A DNA stretch of 64,000 bases from an uncultured Gammaproteobacteria bacterium (GCA_964445355.1 CAYUKQ010000001.1:12277-76276), one strand, 5' to 3'; positions 19,367 through 27,865 are shown, numbered from the stretch's first letter. A program made the numbers and translations. Notes: generated by a model not told the origin, from the letters alone.

Positions 19367-19618
19367 ATGAAAGACAAACCAAGGTTGTGTTTGTTAAATA
19401 TTCATAAGTCCACGGGTTCCCGAGCAGTCGCTCGGGTTTTTTTTGATCAAATTTCCCTTCAATCGCTCAAAAACAGCAAAGAGTTTGAGCCGTTTAACCC
19501 CCAGGAACTGCAGTCAATTTTGAGTCTTAATTTCCAAAACCTATCTGCCTTTAGTAGTTCCAACTCATCCAGTTGCGCAGCTTGTTCTCACAGTGGCTGT
19601 CACGGTAATTGCAGATAA
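19367..19618 (+). CDS. Putative RiPP (TOMM/LAP-type) precursor peptide A1. C-terminal core SAFSSSNSSSCAACSHSGCHGNCR. True start uncertain.
   Basis: ORF ends in a Cys/Ser-rich tail typical of azol(in)e precursor cores. Leader shares an N[SA]KEF[ED] motif with the downstream peptide. The terminator hairpin at 19419-19444 lies inside this ORF and no ATG/GTG follows it in frame (only a TTG 32 codons from the end). Start may be internal, or expression may depend on read-through. Confidence 0.4.
   Translation: MKDKPRLCLLNIHKSTGSRAVARVFFDQISLQSLKNSKEFEPFNPQELQSILSLNFQNLSAFSSSNSSSCAACSHSGCHGNCR
19419..19444 (+). terminator. Rho-independent terminator (downstream of surface-protein gene, upstream of or within the RiPP precursor region)
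   Basis: cccgagc-agtc-gctcggg perfect 7-bp stem followed by T8. Confidence 0.75.
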
Positions 19619-19645
19619 ATATTTGAAAGGAGGTGAAAATAAAAA

Positions 19646-19789
19646 GTGAACAAGACTAATAATAACGCTAAAGAATTCGACGAAGTCGTTTCTGAGGTTA
19701 AACTGTCCCAAGAAGAGATTAGTGATGCTACCAGTAGTGCATCTGCACAAGGATCATGTGGTCACACAGGTTCGAATTCAGGTAGATAA
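19646..19789 (+). CDS. Putative RiPP (TOMM/LAP-type) precursor peptide A2 (47 aa): VNKTNNNAKEFDEVVSEVKLSQEEISDATSSASAQGSCGHTGSNSGR
   Basis: Missed by the 60-aa ORF track. GTG start 8 nt after a strong SD (AAGGAGGTG). Acidic leader followed by a Ser/Thr/Cys/Gly-rich core. Lies immediately upstream of YcaO and SagB-type genes. Confidence 0.6.
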   Translation: MNKTNNNAKEFDEVVSEVKLSQEEISDATSSASAQGSCGHTGSNSGR

Positions 19790-19858
19790 AACTCCTTCTC
19801 TCATAGCTAGCTGAGTAATCAAGTGTGAGCTCACACAAATAAAAACAGGATAGTATTT

Positions 19859-21151
19859 ATGTCAAAACAAAGCTTGATCGAAAGCAACTTAGAGTTGCTA
19901 TATCAAAAATGCGTTTCTGCCCACGAAAAAACAAAATTTATATCAACCGTTCATCGGAGCTTTTTCTACAACGATGAACCCAAGCTGTATACGTTCATTT
20001 TGAACAGTAAAAACTCGTCCAAAAAATTCCGTACCAACGCCAGCGGCTCGGCCTGGGATGAAAAACTCGCTTTTATTAAAGGCTATATTGAAATGATAGA
20101 AAGATACGCACTGATCCCTTCAGATCAAGACCTCGATCATTTAGTTCTCTCGTCCGAGACTGGATTGCCTAAGGCAATAAAACTTAGCAAATTCATGAAA
20201 TTCTCACATAGCCAAATGATCGACAAGTTTTTTGCCCGAAAAGTCGCGACCGAGAATGACCCTTTATACTGGACTGAAGCTATTGATTTATGTGCCCGCA
20301 AAACCGTATATATTCCGGCTCAAACTGTTTTTTGTCCGTTCGGAAAAAAAGAAAAAATCATTCGCACGCCAATTTCAACGGGCGCATCAGCGGGTTTGGA
20401 CAAAAATTCAACAATAACCAGGGCAATTTTTGAAGTTCTTGAAAGAGACACGTTTATTTCATCCTATTTGGGTCGCCTTTCAGGTACGATAATTAAGATA
20501 AAAAACCCAAAAGGAGTGATCAAAGATTTACTGGACGAATTTAGCTTTTATTTACTCGAACCAACAATTATCAGATTGGACAACGATTATCATATTCCCG
20601 TCATACTGACAATTCTTACGGATCTGACTAAAAACAAGCCGGTCATTACCTTCGGACTCAAGTGTCATCCTGATCTGAACAGGGCGATTCAGGGTAGTTT
20701 GGAGGAATCATTTCATACTCGCGGATGGATGCGTGACGAATTGGCAAAATCCGATACTGTCTACATTAATTCACTAATCAAAAATATCGAACACACTTAC
20801 GAGCTCAAAGATCGCGGACTTATCTGGTCTCAACCTTTCGTTCTCAAAAACGTTGATTTTTGGCTTAATAACAAAAAAACATTTAATCTATCTCTCAAAG
20901 CAAGTTATCCAAAAATTCCATTAAATACTCTCCTTAAAAAGTTACAAGCAATCGGATTTGATATTTATCTCAAAGAACTAACTGATCCGGAGATCGCCAA
21001 ACTTGGTTTTTACGCCTGTAAGGTCATCATACCCCAAGCACAACCTCTTTACCTGGAAGAGGATTTTCAATATTTGGACACCAGCCGTATTGAAAAGATC
21101 GCAAAACATAAGATCACCAAGCTTAATACATTTTTACAACCCTTCCTATGA
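19859..21151 (+). CDS. YcaO-domain cyclodehydratase (SagD/TOMM D-protein-like), stand-alone
   Basis: N-terminal NASGSAWDEKLAFIKGYIEMIERYA and central PISTGASAGLDKNSTITRAIFEVLERDTF match the YcaO signatures (ASGxG...ERY and SNG-AxG...E--ERD). 430 aa. No fused E1-like domain. Confidence 0.75.
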   Translation: MSKQSLIESNLELLYQKCVSAHEKTKFISTVHRSFFYNDEPKLYTFILNSKNSSKKFRTNASGSAWDEKLAFIKGYIEMIERYALIPSDQDLDHLVLSSETGLPKAIKLSKFMKFSHSQMIDKFFARKVATENDPLYWTEAIDLCARKTVYIPAQTVFCPFGKKEKIIRTPISTGASAGLDKNSTITRAIFEVLERDTFISSYLGRLSGTIIKIKNPKGVIKDLLDEFSFYLLEPTIIRLDNDYHIPVILTILTDLTKNKPVITFGLKCHPDLNRAIQGSLEESFHTRGWMRDELAKSDTVYINSLIKNIEHTYELKDRGLIWSQPFVLKNVDFWLNNKKTFNLSLKASYPKIPLNTLLKKLQAIGFDIYLKELTDPEIAKLGFYACKVIIPQAQPLYLEEDFQYLDTSRIEKIAKHKITKLNTFLQPFL

Positions 21152-21861
21152 AAGATTATATTTCTGAGTTTTTTATCCAAACCGGGACTCAGTCCGATAA
21201 TGCACCCAAGCCTATCCCATATGATAAATGGCCGATTGCCTGGAAAACAATTCATTACAAGAACTACCCCAGATTTCCGCGTATCGGAATTACAAAATTC
21301 AAACCAGTCTCAGAGATCGAAAAAATCATTTCCAGAAGACGAAGTAATCGAAATACCAATAGGATATTATCCGCTGGCAAATTAAAGAAAATCTTGCATT
21401 TTGCAAACTATGGCGTATCAATTGATGGGCGAAGCTATCGTGCGTACCCCTCAGGGGGAGCCAGATATCCGCTGGAAATTTATCTATTTATTAATAATGT
21501 AAAAGGCCTAAAAAAGGGTCTTTATCATTATGCTTTCGAAACAAATTGCTTAGAATTACTTCAGGATAAAGACATGACAGCAGAATTAAAAGACTTGCTG
21601 GTAGATGGCTGGGTTGCCGACTCAGCTGTTTTTTTGGTCATTACCGCCGTTCCCGGCCGAAGTGCGATTAAATATGCAAACAAGTCATTAAGATATCTCT
21701 TTATTGAAGCAGGCCACTTAGGTCAAAATATATTATTGCTGGCAGAAAAATACAAAGTTAATACCTGTCCGATCGGTGGTTTTTATGAAGATAAGCTCAA
21801 TAAACTCCTTCGAATTGACAGGACCAGCGAGAAAGCAATATATTCAATTGCTATAGGTTGA
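21148..21861 (+). CDS. SagB/McbC-type FMN-dependent dehydrogenase (nitroreductase superfamily) of TOMM pathways
   Basis: RSYRAYPSGGARYPLEIYLFI matches the SagB-family R-x-Y-P-S-x-G-A-x-YP-x-E-x-Y motif. 4-nt overlap (ATGA) with the ycaO stop. Confidence 0.75.
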   Translation: MKDYISEFFIQTGTQSDNAPKPIPYDKWPIAWKTIHYKNYPRFPRIGITKFKPVSEIEKIISRRRSNRNTNRILSAGKLKKILHFANYGVSIDGRSYRAYPSGGARYPLEIYLFINNVKGLKKGLYHYAFETNCLELLQDKDMTAELKDLLVDGWVADSAVFLVITAVPGRSAIKYANKSLRYLFIEAGHLGQNILLLAEKYKVNTCPIGGFYEDKLNKLLRIDRTSEKAIYSIAIG

Positions 21862-23609
21862 TTATGAGTAATGAAAAATTAAGGCAAAATTCACCAGAAA
21901 CGAAAATGCTCGAAAAAGAACCATCAAAAGCCAGACTGACAGCAACCGATCTGAGTATTAGTGTCGGCACCAGAGACTTAATAGTTGATGGCAACTTCTC
22001 AATTGGCACATCAGAAAGACTAGCCTTGATTGGTCGTAATGGCAGCGGAAAAACTTCGCTTCTCGACTTGGTTGCCGCTGTTTCCACGGGCGATCAGCCC
22101 CCTGAATATCTCGACGTAAAGGGGGACATTTCTCTGACCCAAGCCAAGGTAGGCTATCTAAGACAAGATATTCAAGTCGCCTATGATGGTACGGTCAAGG
22201 GGTACATAGATCAGTGTGCACAAGATGTAGCTGCAGTCATCGCAAACTACGATGCTCTTACCGCTAGACTGGCTGACGGCGAGACCGGCGACGAGCTAAT
22301 GGATGAATACGGCAAGGCCTTGGATGAGATGTCGCAGCTGGACGCTTGGGACTTCCCTCGCAAAAGAGAAATGATTCTGCAAGGCCTTGGTCTGACAGCA
22401 GATTACTTGGATCGGGATATGACCGAGGTAAGCGGGGGAGAAGCGACAAAAGTATCTTTAGCGGGAATTTTGGTTGCTTCACCTAATCTAATTTTACTCG
22501 ACGAACCGACCAATAATCTCGATCCTGAGAGCGTGAAATTTTTTGAAGAATGGGTCAAAACTACACAAACTTCACTGCTGTTAGTTTCCCACGATCGGGA
22601 ATTTTTAGACGAAACTGTAACAGAAATACTTGAAATAGATGAAGATACAAAACACCTGATCAGATTCGGAGGTAACTATTCTTTTTATAAACAGAAAAAA
22701 CAAGAGATGTTTGACGCACAGATGCGGTCGTATGAAGAACAACAAAAAAAACGTAAACAACTAGAAGATTCAGCAAAGCAGCTGAAACAAGAGGCGCAAA
22801 GATTTGAAGGTATGTCCAACGATTCTTTTTATCGGGCAAAGGGGGGAGGGCTTGCAAAAAGAGCAAAATCTCAACTGGAGCGAATCGAGCGCGAGTTAAA
22901 TGACATTCCCGAGCCAGTACTCCCTAAACGGCCATCCTTTGAGGTAAAAGAACCACAAATTTCAGACGGGACAGTCATGGTGGCTCAAGATCTTTCGTAT
23001 CGTTATCCAAACAACTCCGTTGATACTTTTTCTAAGGTCAATTTTTCTATTCGTGGAGGTGAAAGGGTTGGAATTGTGGGCGCAAACGGTGCCGGTAAAA
23101 GTACACTCCTTCGAGTTTTAATCGGCAACCTTCCTTCTACAGGCGGGAAAGTAGAGCAATTCAAAGGACTCAAAGTCGGATATTTACCTCAAACAACTGA
23201 CAGGCTTAAACCTGATCAGAACATCATCGACTACATTCGCCGAAAAGCCTCTGTCTCCGTCGAAGACGCATATAAAGCGCTTTCCAGAATGCTACTTGAT
23301 GATTCGGCGCACAAATCCGTATCTGATTTTAGTTTTGGAGAGTTTCGCCGTATCGAGCTAGTAGCACTTTTTGCCTCTAATCCTGACGTATTAGTTCTTG
23401 ATGAGCCGACTAATCATTTAGATATTTATACGATCGAAACTCTTGAAGATGCGCTCACTAGATATCACGGGACGGTTATAACTGTTACACACGATGAAAG
23501 ATTCTTAAAAGATCTAAACATCGACAAAATCATTGTTGTCGGAAAAGGCGGGTTAGTCGGCATGCACAAAGTAGAAGATTCAAAAGATGTCGCTGGATAC
23601 TTTACTTAA
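21858..23609 (+). CDS. ABC-F family ATPase (two tandem NBDs, no TMD), translationally coupled to the RiPP enzymes
   Basis: Walker A GRNGSGKTSLL and GANGAGKSTLL. Signature VSGGEATKVSLA. Walker B LLDEPTNNLD / VLDEPTNHLD. Lys/Gln/Glu-rich inter-domain linker (KKQEMFDAQMRSYEEQQKKRKQLEDSAKQLKQEAQRFEG). ATGA overlap with sagB-like stop. Confidence 0.75.
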   Translation: MIMSNEKLRQNSPETKMLEKEPSKARLTATDLSISVGTRDLIVDGNFSIGTSERLALIGRNGSGKTSLLDLVAAVSTGDQPPEYLDVKGDISLTQAKVGYLRQDIQVAYDGTVKGYIDQCAQDVAAVIANYDALTARLADGETGDELMDEYGKALDEMSQLDAWDFPRKREMILQGLGLTADYLDRDMTEVSGGEATKVSLAGILVASPNLILLDEPTNNLDPESVKFFEEWVKTTQTSLLLVSHDREFLDETVTEILEIDEDTKHLIRFGGNYSFYKQKKQEMFDAQMRSYEEQQKKRKQLEDSAKQLKQEAQRFEGMSNDSFYRAKGGGLAKRAKSQLERIERELNDIPEPVLPKRPSFEVKEPQISDGTVMVAQDLSYRYPNNSVDTFSKVNFSIRGGERVGIVGANGAGKSTLLRVLIGNLPSTGGKVEQFKGLKVGYLPQTTDRLKPDQNIIDYIRRKASVSVEDAYKALSRMLLDDSAHKSVSDFSFGEFRRIELVALFASNPDVLVLDEPTNHLDIYTIETLEDALTRYHGTVITVTHDERFLKDLNIDKIIVVGKGGLVGMHKVEDSKDVAGYFT

Positions 23610-24183
23610 AATTAACGAACAGTTTCAAAAAAGTTAATAATTTTTCGTAGTTATAATAAATTAGCATCCCGTTAGCTATTATTAACCCCGGGAAGATCAA
23701 TGTTTTCTCAAACAAGCCTCCCGTCTTTGGCCGCATTGATTTTAGAGGAGGAATGCCAAATTTAACCGGAATTGGAAAAAACAGTGGAATTCCATCCCTG
23801 GTCAGCATATCCATGATCAGGTGCGAGATAAATCCGATCATGAATCCCCACCACACAATATTCATATCAACCAGAAGCACACTGTGCAGAACTTCCAGAA
23901 CCCATCTCAGTAGATAACCGGTTAGAACAAGACCAAGTACTGAATGTGTTATCAGTCTGTGCCCCCCAAGTAATGGAGAAATAAGCTTACCCAAAAAACC
24001 GCCACCCCTTAATCTGTTCCACAGCGCCCCGGTAGATTGATCGATGTCCGGAAATAATCCGCCGATAAAATTAGCCGCAAGCATTGTTATTAGTGTGGCC
24101 AGCGACATATCGATTAAGGGAAATATTACAAAATATACGCTGAGTCCGGTAAATGCTGCAAGGTCGTGTGTTCTGCCTGTCAT
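23602..24183 (-). CDS. Membrane-bound metal-dependent hydrolase-like protein (YdjM/DUF457-like)
   Basis: Multiple TM helices with His/Asp motifs (GRTHDLAAF, GHRLITHS, SHLIMDMLTRDGIP) resembling the YdjM family. Confidence 0.5.
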   Translation of the reverse strand: MTGRTHDLAAFTGLSVYFVIFPLIDMSLATLITMLAANFIGGLFPDIDQSTGALWNRLRGGGFLGKLISPLLGGHRLITHSVLGLVLTGYLLRWVLEVLHSVLLVDMNIVWWGFMIGFISHLIMDMLTRDGIPLFFPIPVKFGIPPLKSMRPKTGGLFEKTLIFPGLIIANGMLIYYNYEKLLTFLKLFVNFK

Positions 24184-24270
24184 TATTTTTAATACTACTT
24201 AATTGTATATGGTCAAACACCAAAAATAGCCCTTTATTTTTTACCCATAATTTTTATATAGTTAACTCCT

Positions 24271-24804
24271 ATGGCAAATAATGATCCATTACCAGTTGAA
24301 CCTGATTTTTCAATTACCCCATCTGCTGATTCGTTAATTCAATCAAACACCATTGCTGATACTGATCATCCAGCCCAAGCCGCCCAGCCGGTTATTTCAG
24401 ATACCGACGCTCAAACATTAATCGCTGTTGAGTCTATGCTCAAAAATGTTCTTTCAAGGCTAGAATTACTAAAAAACGAACTTAAAGAAGACGCTGACAT
24501 GTTAAAAAGCGCATTTGAGTCAGACCCGGTTTATCGTGAATTTGACGAAAACGCCAAAGCCGCAGCCAAAGACAAGCTTGCCGCCAAAAAAGAGATACTC
24601 AAAAAAACAGACGTTGCCGAACTTAATTTGAAAGTACAAAGCAAACGTTCAGAAATAAAAGAACTTAAAGAAAAGATGTCTGATTATCTGACACAGTTTC
24701 AGCAACTATCAGGTCTTAATGAAATTGAATCAAATGACGGTGAACTGTTAAAAATCGTCTACTCAGCTAGACTAATCCGTCAGAATAGTAAATTCGGCAA
24801 CTAA
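24271..24804 (+). CDS. Hypothetical protein with coiled-coil region
   Basis: 177-aa ORF. Lys/Glu-rich heptad-like segment (KDKLAAKKEILKKTDVAELNLKVQSKRSEIKELKEKM). Confidence 0.5.
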   Translation: MANNDPLPVEPDFSITPSADSLIQSNTIADTDHPAQAAQPVISDTDAQTLIAVESMLKNVLSRLELLKNELKEDADMLKSAFESDPVYREFDENAKAAAKDKLAAKKEILKKTDVAELNLKVQSKRSEIKELKEKMSDYLTQFQQLSGLNEIESNDGELLKIVYSARLIRQNSKFGN

Positions 24805-24838
24805 AACTCCTATTACTTTCACAGTTTTATTTCTGCTG

Positions 24839-25189
24839 TTAAAATTGACTCCTCAGTTTCCTAATATCAGCGATCAATATCACCACAATAGTAATAAAGA
24901 CCACAAAGGATAATGGGTTATAGTTCCAGGCCTGTTCAAAATTACCATGAAGTATCGCAGAAAGACCTCTTGTCATACCACTTGAATAGGTAACCACTCC
25001 AAACACAGATTGATAAATCGACCGAACAGGCAGGTAATACAGCTTGTCGGTCGGCAAGACTGAAAGAATCACTAGAACCAAACTAAATGCAACAAACCTT
25101 CCGCCGGGTGACGCAAGGCTTGCTGACTCTCTGACTATTTGCCAGAATTTAAAATTATGATTTTGTGTTAAGTTTTTTGCCTTCGGCAT
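24839..25189 (-). CDS. Hypothetical small membrane protein
   Basis: 116 aa with 2-3 hydrophobic helices. Confidence 0.45.
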   Translation of the reverse strand: MPKAKNLTQNHNFKFWQIVRESASLASPGGRFVAFSLVLVILSVLPTDKLYYLPVRSIYQSVFGVVTYSSGMTRGLSAILHGNFEQAWNYNPLSFVVFITIVVILIADIRKLRSQF

Positions 25190-25412
25190 CAGGTAAATTA
25201 CCTGTCACGATCAGGATGATGTCGATGATCGTCCAAACCCCGCATCCTCCCAGAGTCAAGAGTTTTAATACTCCCAGTCCAACATATCCCAGATAAAAAC
25301 GGTCAATACCGAGCCCGCCAACTAATACTGATAATAAAACAGCGACCAAAAAACTCTTGTCGCTATAAGCCTCACCTTTCGGTGCCGGCTTTGCTACTGC
25401 TTTCTTTGCCAT
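25155..25412 (-). CDS. TM2-domain membrane protein
   Basis: KSFLVAVLLSVLVGGLGIDRFYLGYVGLGVLKLLTLGGCGVWTIIDIILI matches the TM2-domain pattern (GxxGxDRFYLG...GxxWxxxD). Confidence 0.6.
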   Translation of the reverse strand: MAKKAVAKPAPKGEAYSDKSFLVAVLLSVLVGGLGIDRFYLGYVGLGVLKLLTLGGCGVWTIIDIILIVTGNLPDAEGKKLNTKS

Positions 25413-25495
25413 ATTTTTTTAATAAAACTTATAACTATCACAATTATACTCAAACAATTCGTGATTTGTGTGAAATTTGTACTAGAATAATCTTA

Positions 25496-25888
25496 ATGGG
25501 TAATCCGCGCAAAATAATTTCCAGCCATCATCCCAAGAAACACCTAAATAGTTTCAGCTATGCCTTTTTGGGACTTAAGCATGTTTTCATGCAGGAAAGA
25601 AACTTCCGTCTTCATTTGTTTATCGCTATTTGTGTCATTACATTGGGGTATTTTTACAAATTAAGCCCTGTTGAGTGGGGTGTGGTGGTTATTTCAATTG
25701 CTATTGTTCTAATATGTGAATCGATTAATACGATTATCGAAGATTTGATGGATTTTATATCTCCCGCATATTCTGAGGAGGTAAAAAATATTAAAGACCT
25801 TTCTGCCGGTTTTGTTCTTATTTCAGCGTTGTCCGCAGTCCTGGTTGGAATCGTGATCTTTGTGCCGAAAATACTCGCTTCTTTGTAA
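25496..25888 (+). CDS. dgkA: Diacylglycerol kinase (prokaryotic DgkA family)
   Basis: MGNPRKI start (ORF track begins earlier at 25382, which overlaps the convergent gene). Conserved EExNTAIE-like ESINTIIEDLMD and KDxSAG-like KDLSAGFVL segments. Confidence 0.75.
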   Translation: MGNPRKIISSHHPKKHLNSFSYAFLGLKHVFMQERNFRLHLFIAICVITLGYFYKLSPVEWGVVVISIAIVLICESINTIIEDLMDFISPAYSEEVKNIKDLSAGFVLISALSAVLVGIVIFVPKILASL

Positions 25889-26571
25889 TGAACAAATTTT
25901 TCAAAAAACTTTCAATAACCTTGGAAAAGAGCGATATATTCCATTATTTCTACTCATCAATTGGGTTAATTATCGCCATCGTTTTAATTTTGGTTTTCAG
26001 AAAAATTGCAGGCAACCTAACCGAGCCAAGGCTGGTTTATTTTGACGAAGGAATGTATCAGATTTTTCGCTTCGTAGCCTCACCCACAACTGATTTTATT
26101 GCCGAGATCGCTTCTTTTTTTGGATCGACAATTTTTATTACTCCGATACTTGTCGTTTCAGTTATTTTTTTAATCAAAAACCATTTTCGTCGCGGCGCCT
26201 TCATATTATTTTTTAGTACCGTTTCGGCGATCTTGATTAACAGTTTGTTAAAATCTGTCTTTGTTCGTCACAGACCTACAGACACCGACTACAATTTGCT
26301 TTGGCAAGATTACTCGTTTCCCTCAGGCCATAGTATGCACGCAATGGTTTTTTACACAATACTCGGATACTTAATTGTCAGGTTTGAAAAAAACCCTACT
26401 CTAAAAATCCTATACTCCTTCTTCTTTTTTATATTAATAATTTCTGTTTCCTTTTCGCGTGTAGCATTAGGGCTCCACTACTTCTCTGATGTTATCGCTG
26501 CTATGGCCATTGGCGGATTTTGGGCCATTTGGAATATTTACATAATCAAAATTATTTATCGTAACAAATGA
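25888..26571 (+). CDS. PAP2-superfamily phosphatase (undecaprenyl-diphosphatase/lipid phosphatase-like)
   Basis: KSVFVRHRP (KX6RP), PSGHS and SRVALGLHYFSDV (SRX5HX3D) motifs. Start overlaps dgkA stop. Confidence 0.8.
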   Translation: MNKFFKKLSITLEKSDIFHYFYSSIGLIIAIVLILVFRKIAGNLTEPRLVYFDEGMYQIFRFVASPTTDFIAEIASFFGSTIFITPILVVSVIFLIKNHFRRGAFILFFSTVSAILINSLLKSVFVRHRPTDTDYNLLWQDYSFPSGHSMHAMVFYTILGYLIVRFEKNPTLKILYSFFFFILIISVSFSRVALGLHYFSDVIAAMAIGGFWAIWNIYIIKIIYRNK

Positions 26572-27101
26572 ATTTTTTCAATATTTTTTCCAAACCAAGC
26601 AAACCCATTTCCAGACCGGACTTCATCTATCGGCTCAGTGGAAATTCGCTGACCAAAATTAATTTATTAACAAACACGACCCAAGGAACCTACGCTGTTA
26701 GTAATTTTGTAACTCACGCCGATAATTCAAAAAAAGAAGTCGCTAACAAGAATTCACTTAATATTATCGATCGACTCTTTGGCACCAAGAAATATCAGGA
26801 ATACGCAAAGAGCGTTAAAGGCTTCTATAACGAAGAAAAAGTCTGGAAAATACTCTCAAAAAAATACTACATACTTTTTTCTCAGGCATTAGATCACCAT
26901 GGTGTTGATATTTTGTTATCAAAGGACAATCAGAATTTTTTTGGTTTTCAAATAAAATCCTCTGATTTTTATGCCGAACATTTTCGCCAATCCCACAAAT
27001 ACCAAAATGTTCACGGCATAATCGTCGTTGGCAAAGAGCTGGACTCCAATTCAATTACATTACAAGTAAAAAAAATTATCGACAATTTTTACTTTTCTTG
27101 A
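26568..27101 (+). CDS. Hypothetical protein
   Basis: 177-aa ORF, 4-nt overlap with upstream gene. No recognised domain. Confidence 0.45.
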   Translation: MNFFNIFSKPSKPISRPDFIYRLSGNSLTKINLLTNTTQGTYAVSNFVTHADNSKKEVANKNSLNIIDRLFGTKKYQEYAKSVKGFYNEEKVWKILSKKYYILFSQALDHHGVDILLSKDNQNFFGFQIKSSDFYAEHFRQSHKYQNVHGIIVVGKELDSNSITLQVKKIIDNFYFS

Positions 27102-27144
27102 TTTCTGCTGTTTTAAGTTTTATGATTATTTCAACTAGATTTTA

Positions 27145-27741
27145 TTGATGATAACTATCACTGATACCAAAAGACTCGTACTGTCGACCGTTTTTATTCT
27201 GGCAATATTCCTAGTTAGCTGTAACAAAAATTCCTCAACTCAGACCTCGAATTCACAATCAAATTCCGATACCAATGTAATTGAAGGTCTTGCATCAGCA
27301 ATTATTTCTGGAGACAGTTTCCGATGTGAATACACTAATCAGACAGCGAATTCTAAGGGGGAATATCTAGTCAAGAATAAAAAGTTCAAACTCTTAGGTC
27401 AAGAAATTGAGGGTAAAAAAAGCACAATTATTGTTAATGATTTAGGAATGTATATGTGGTCAGAGGATCAGAACCAGGGATTTTTCTATCCAGCCAGTGC
27501 TACCTCGGGTCAAAATAAAAACTCTCAGTTTGATGATTTTATTAATCCAGAGATCGTTGATCAAAAAGAAAAAGTCAGTTGTCGAAACGCTTCGATCGAT
27601 GACTCAGAGTTTGTTCCACCAGCCAGTGTTAATTTCCAAGACTTTTCAAAATTAATGGATACTTTCTCTAACCCGGCCAGTAATCCTGATATCAACCTTC
27701 CAAACATAGATTTGAACAATCTTCCTTCAATCGATCAGTAA
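27145..27741 (+). CDS. Hypothetical lipoprotein (signal peptide + lipobox-like LVSC)
   Basis: LSTVFILAIFLVSCNKN indicates a lipoprotein signal. Remainder Ser/Asn/Gln-rich. Confidence 0.55.
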   Translation: MMITITDTKRLVLSTVFILAIFLVSCNKNSSTQTSNSQSNSDTNVIEGLASAIISGDSFRCEYTNQTANSKGEYLVKNKKFKLLGQEIEGKKSTIIVNDLGMYMWSEDQNQGFFYPASATSGQNKNSQFDDFINPEIVDQKEKVSCRNASIDDSEFVPPASVNFQDFSKLMDTFSNPASNPDINLPNIDLNNLPSIDQ

Positions 27742-27865
27742 GATCATACCTCTTAATGTATCCATACGTATTGATTCGGGGCTTTATTTGACACTCACAA
27801 TAATATTTTTTTATATTTAAAACAGTAACCAGATATATTTATAAGTCTATTAAGTATCAGTAATT

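Noticed and set aside
19367-19447. ATG 19367 as the confident start of precursor A1
   Set aside because: A canonical intrinsic terminator lies inside this stretch and a sigma70-like TACAAT overlaps the ATG context. The feature is kept but with low confidence and a flagged start uncertainty.
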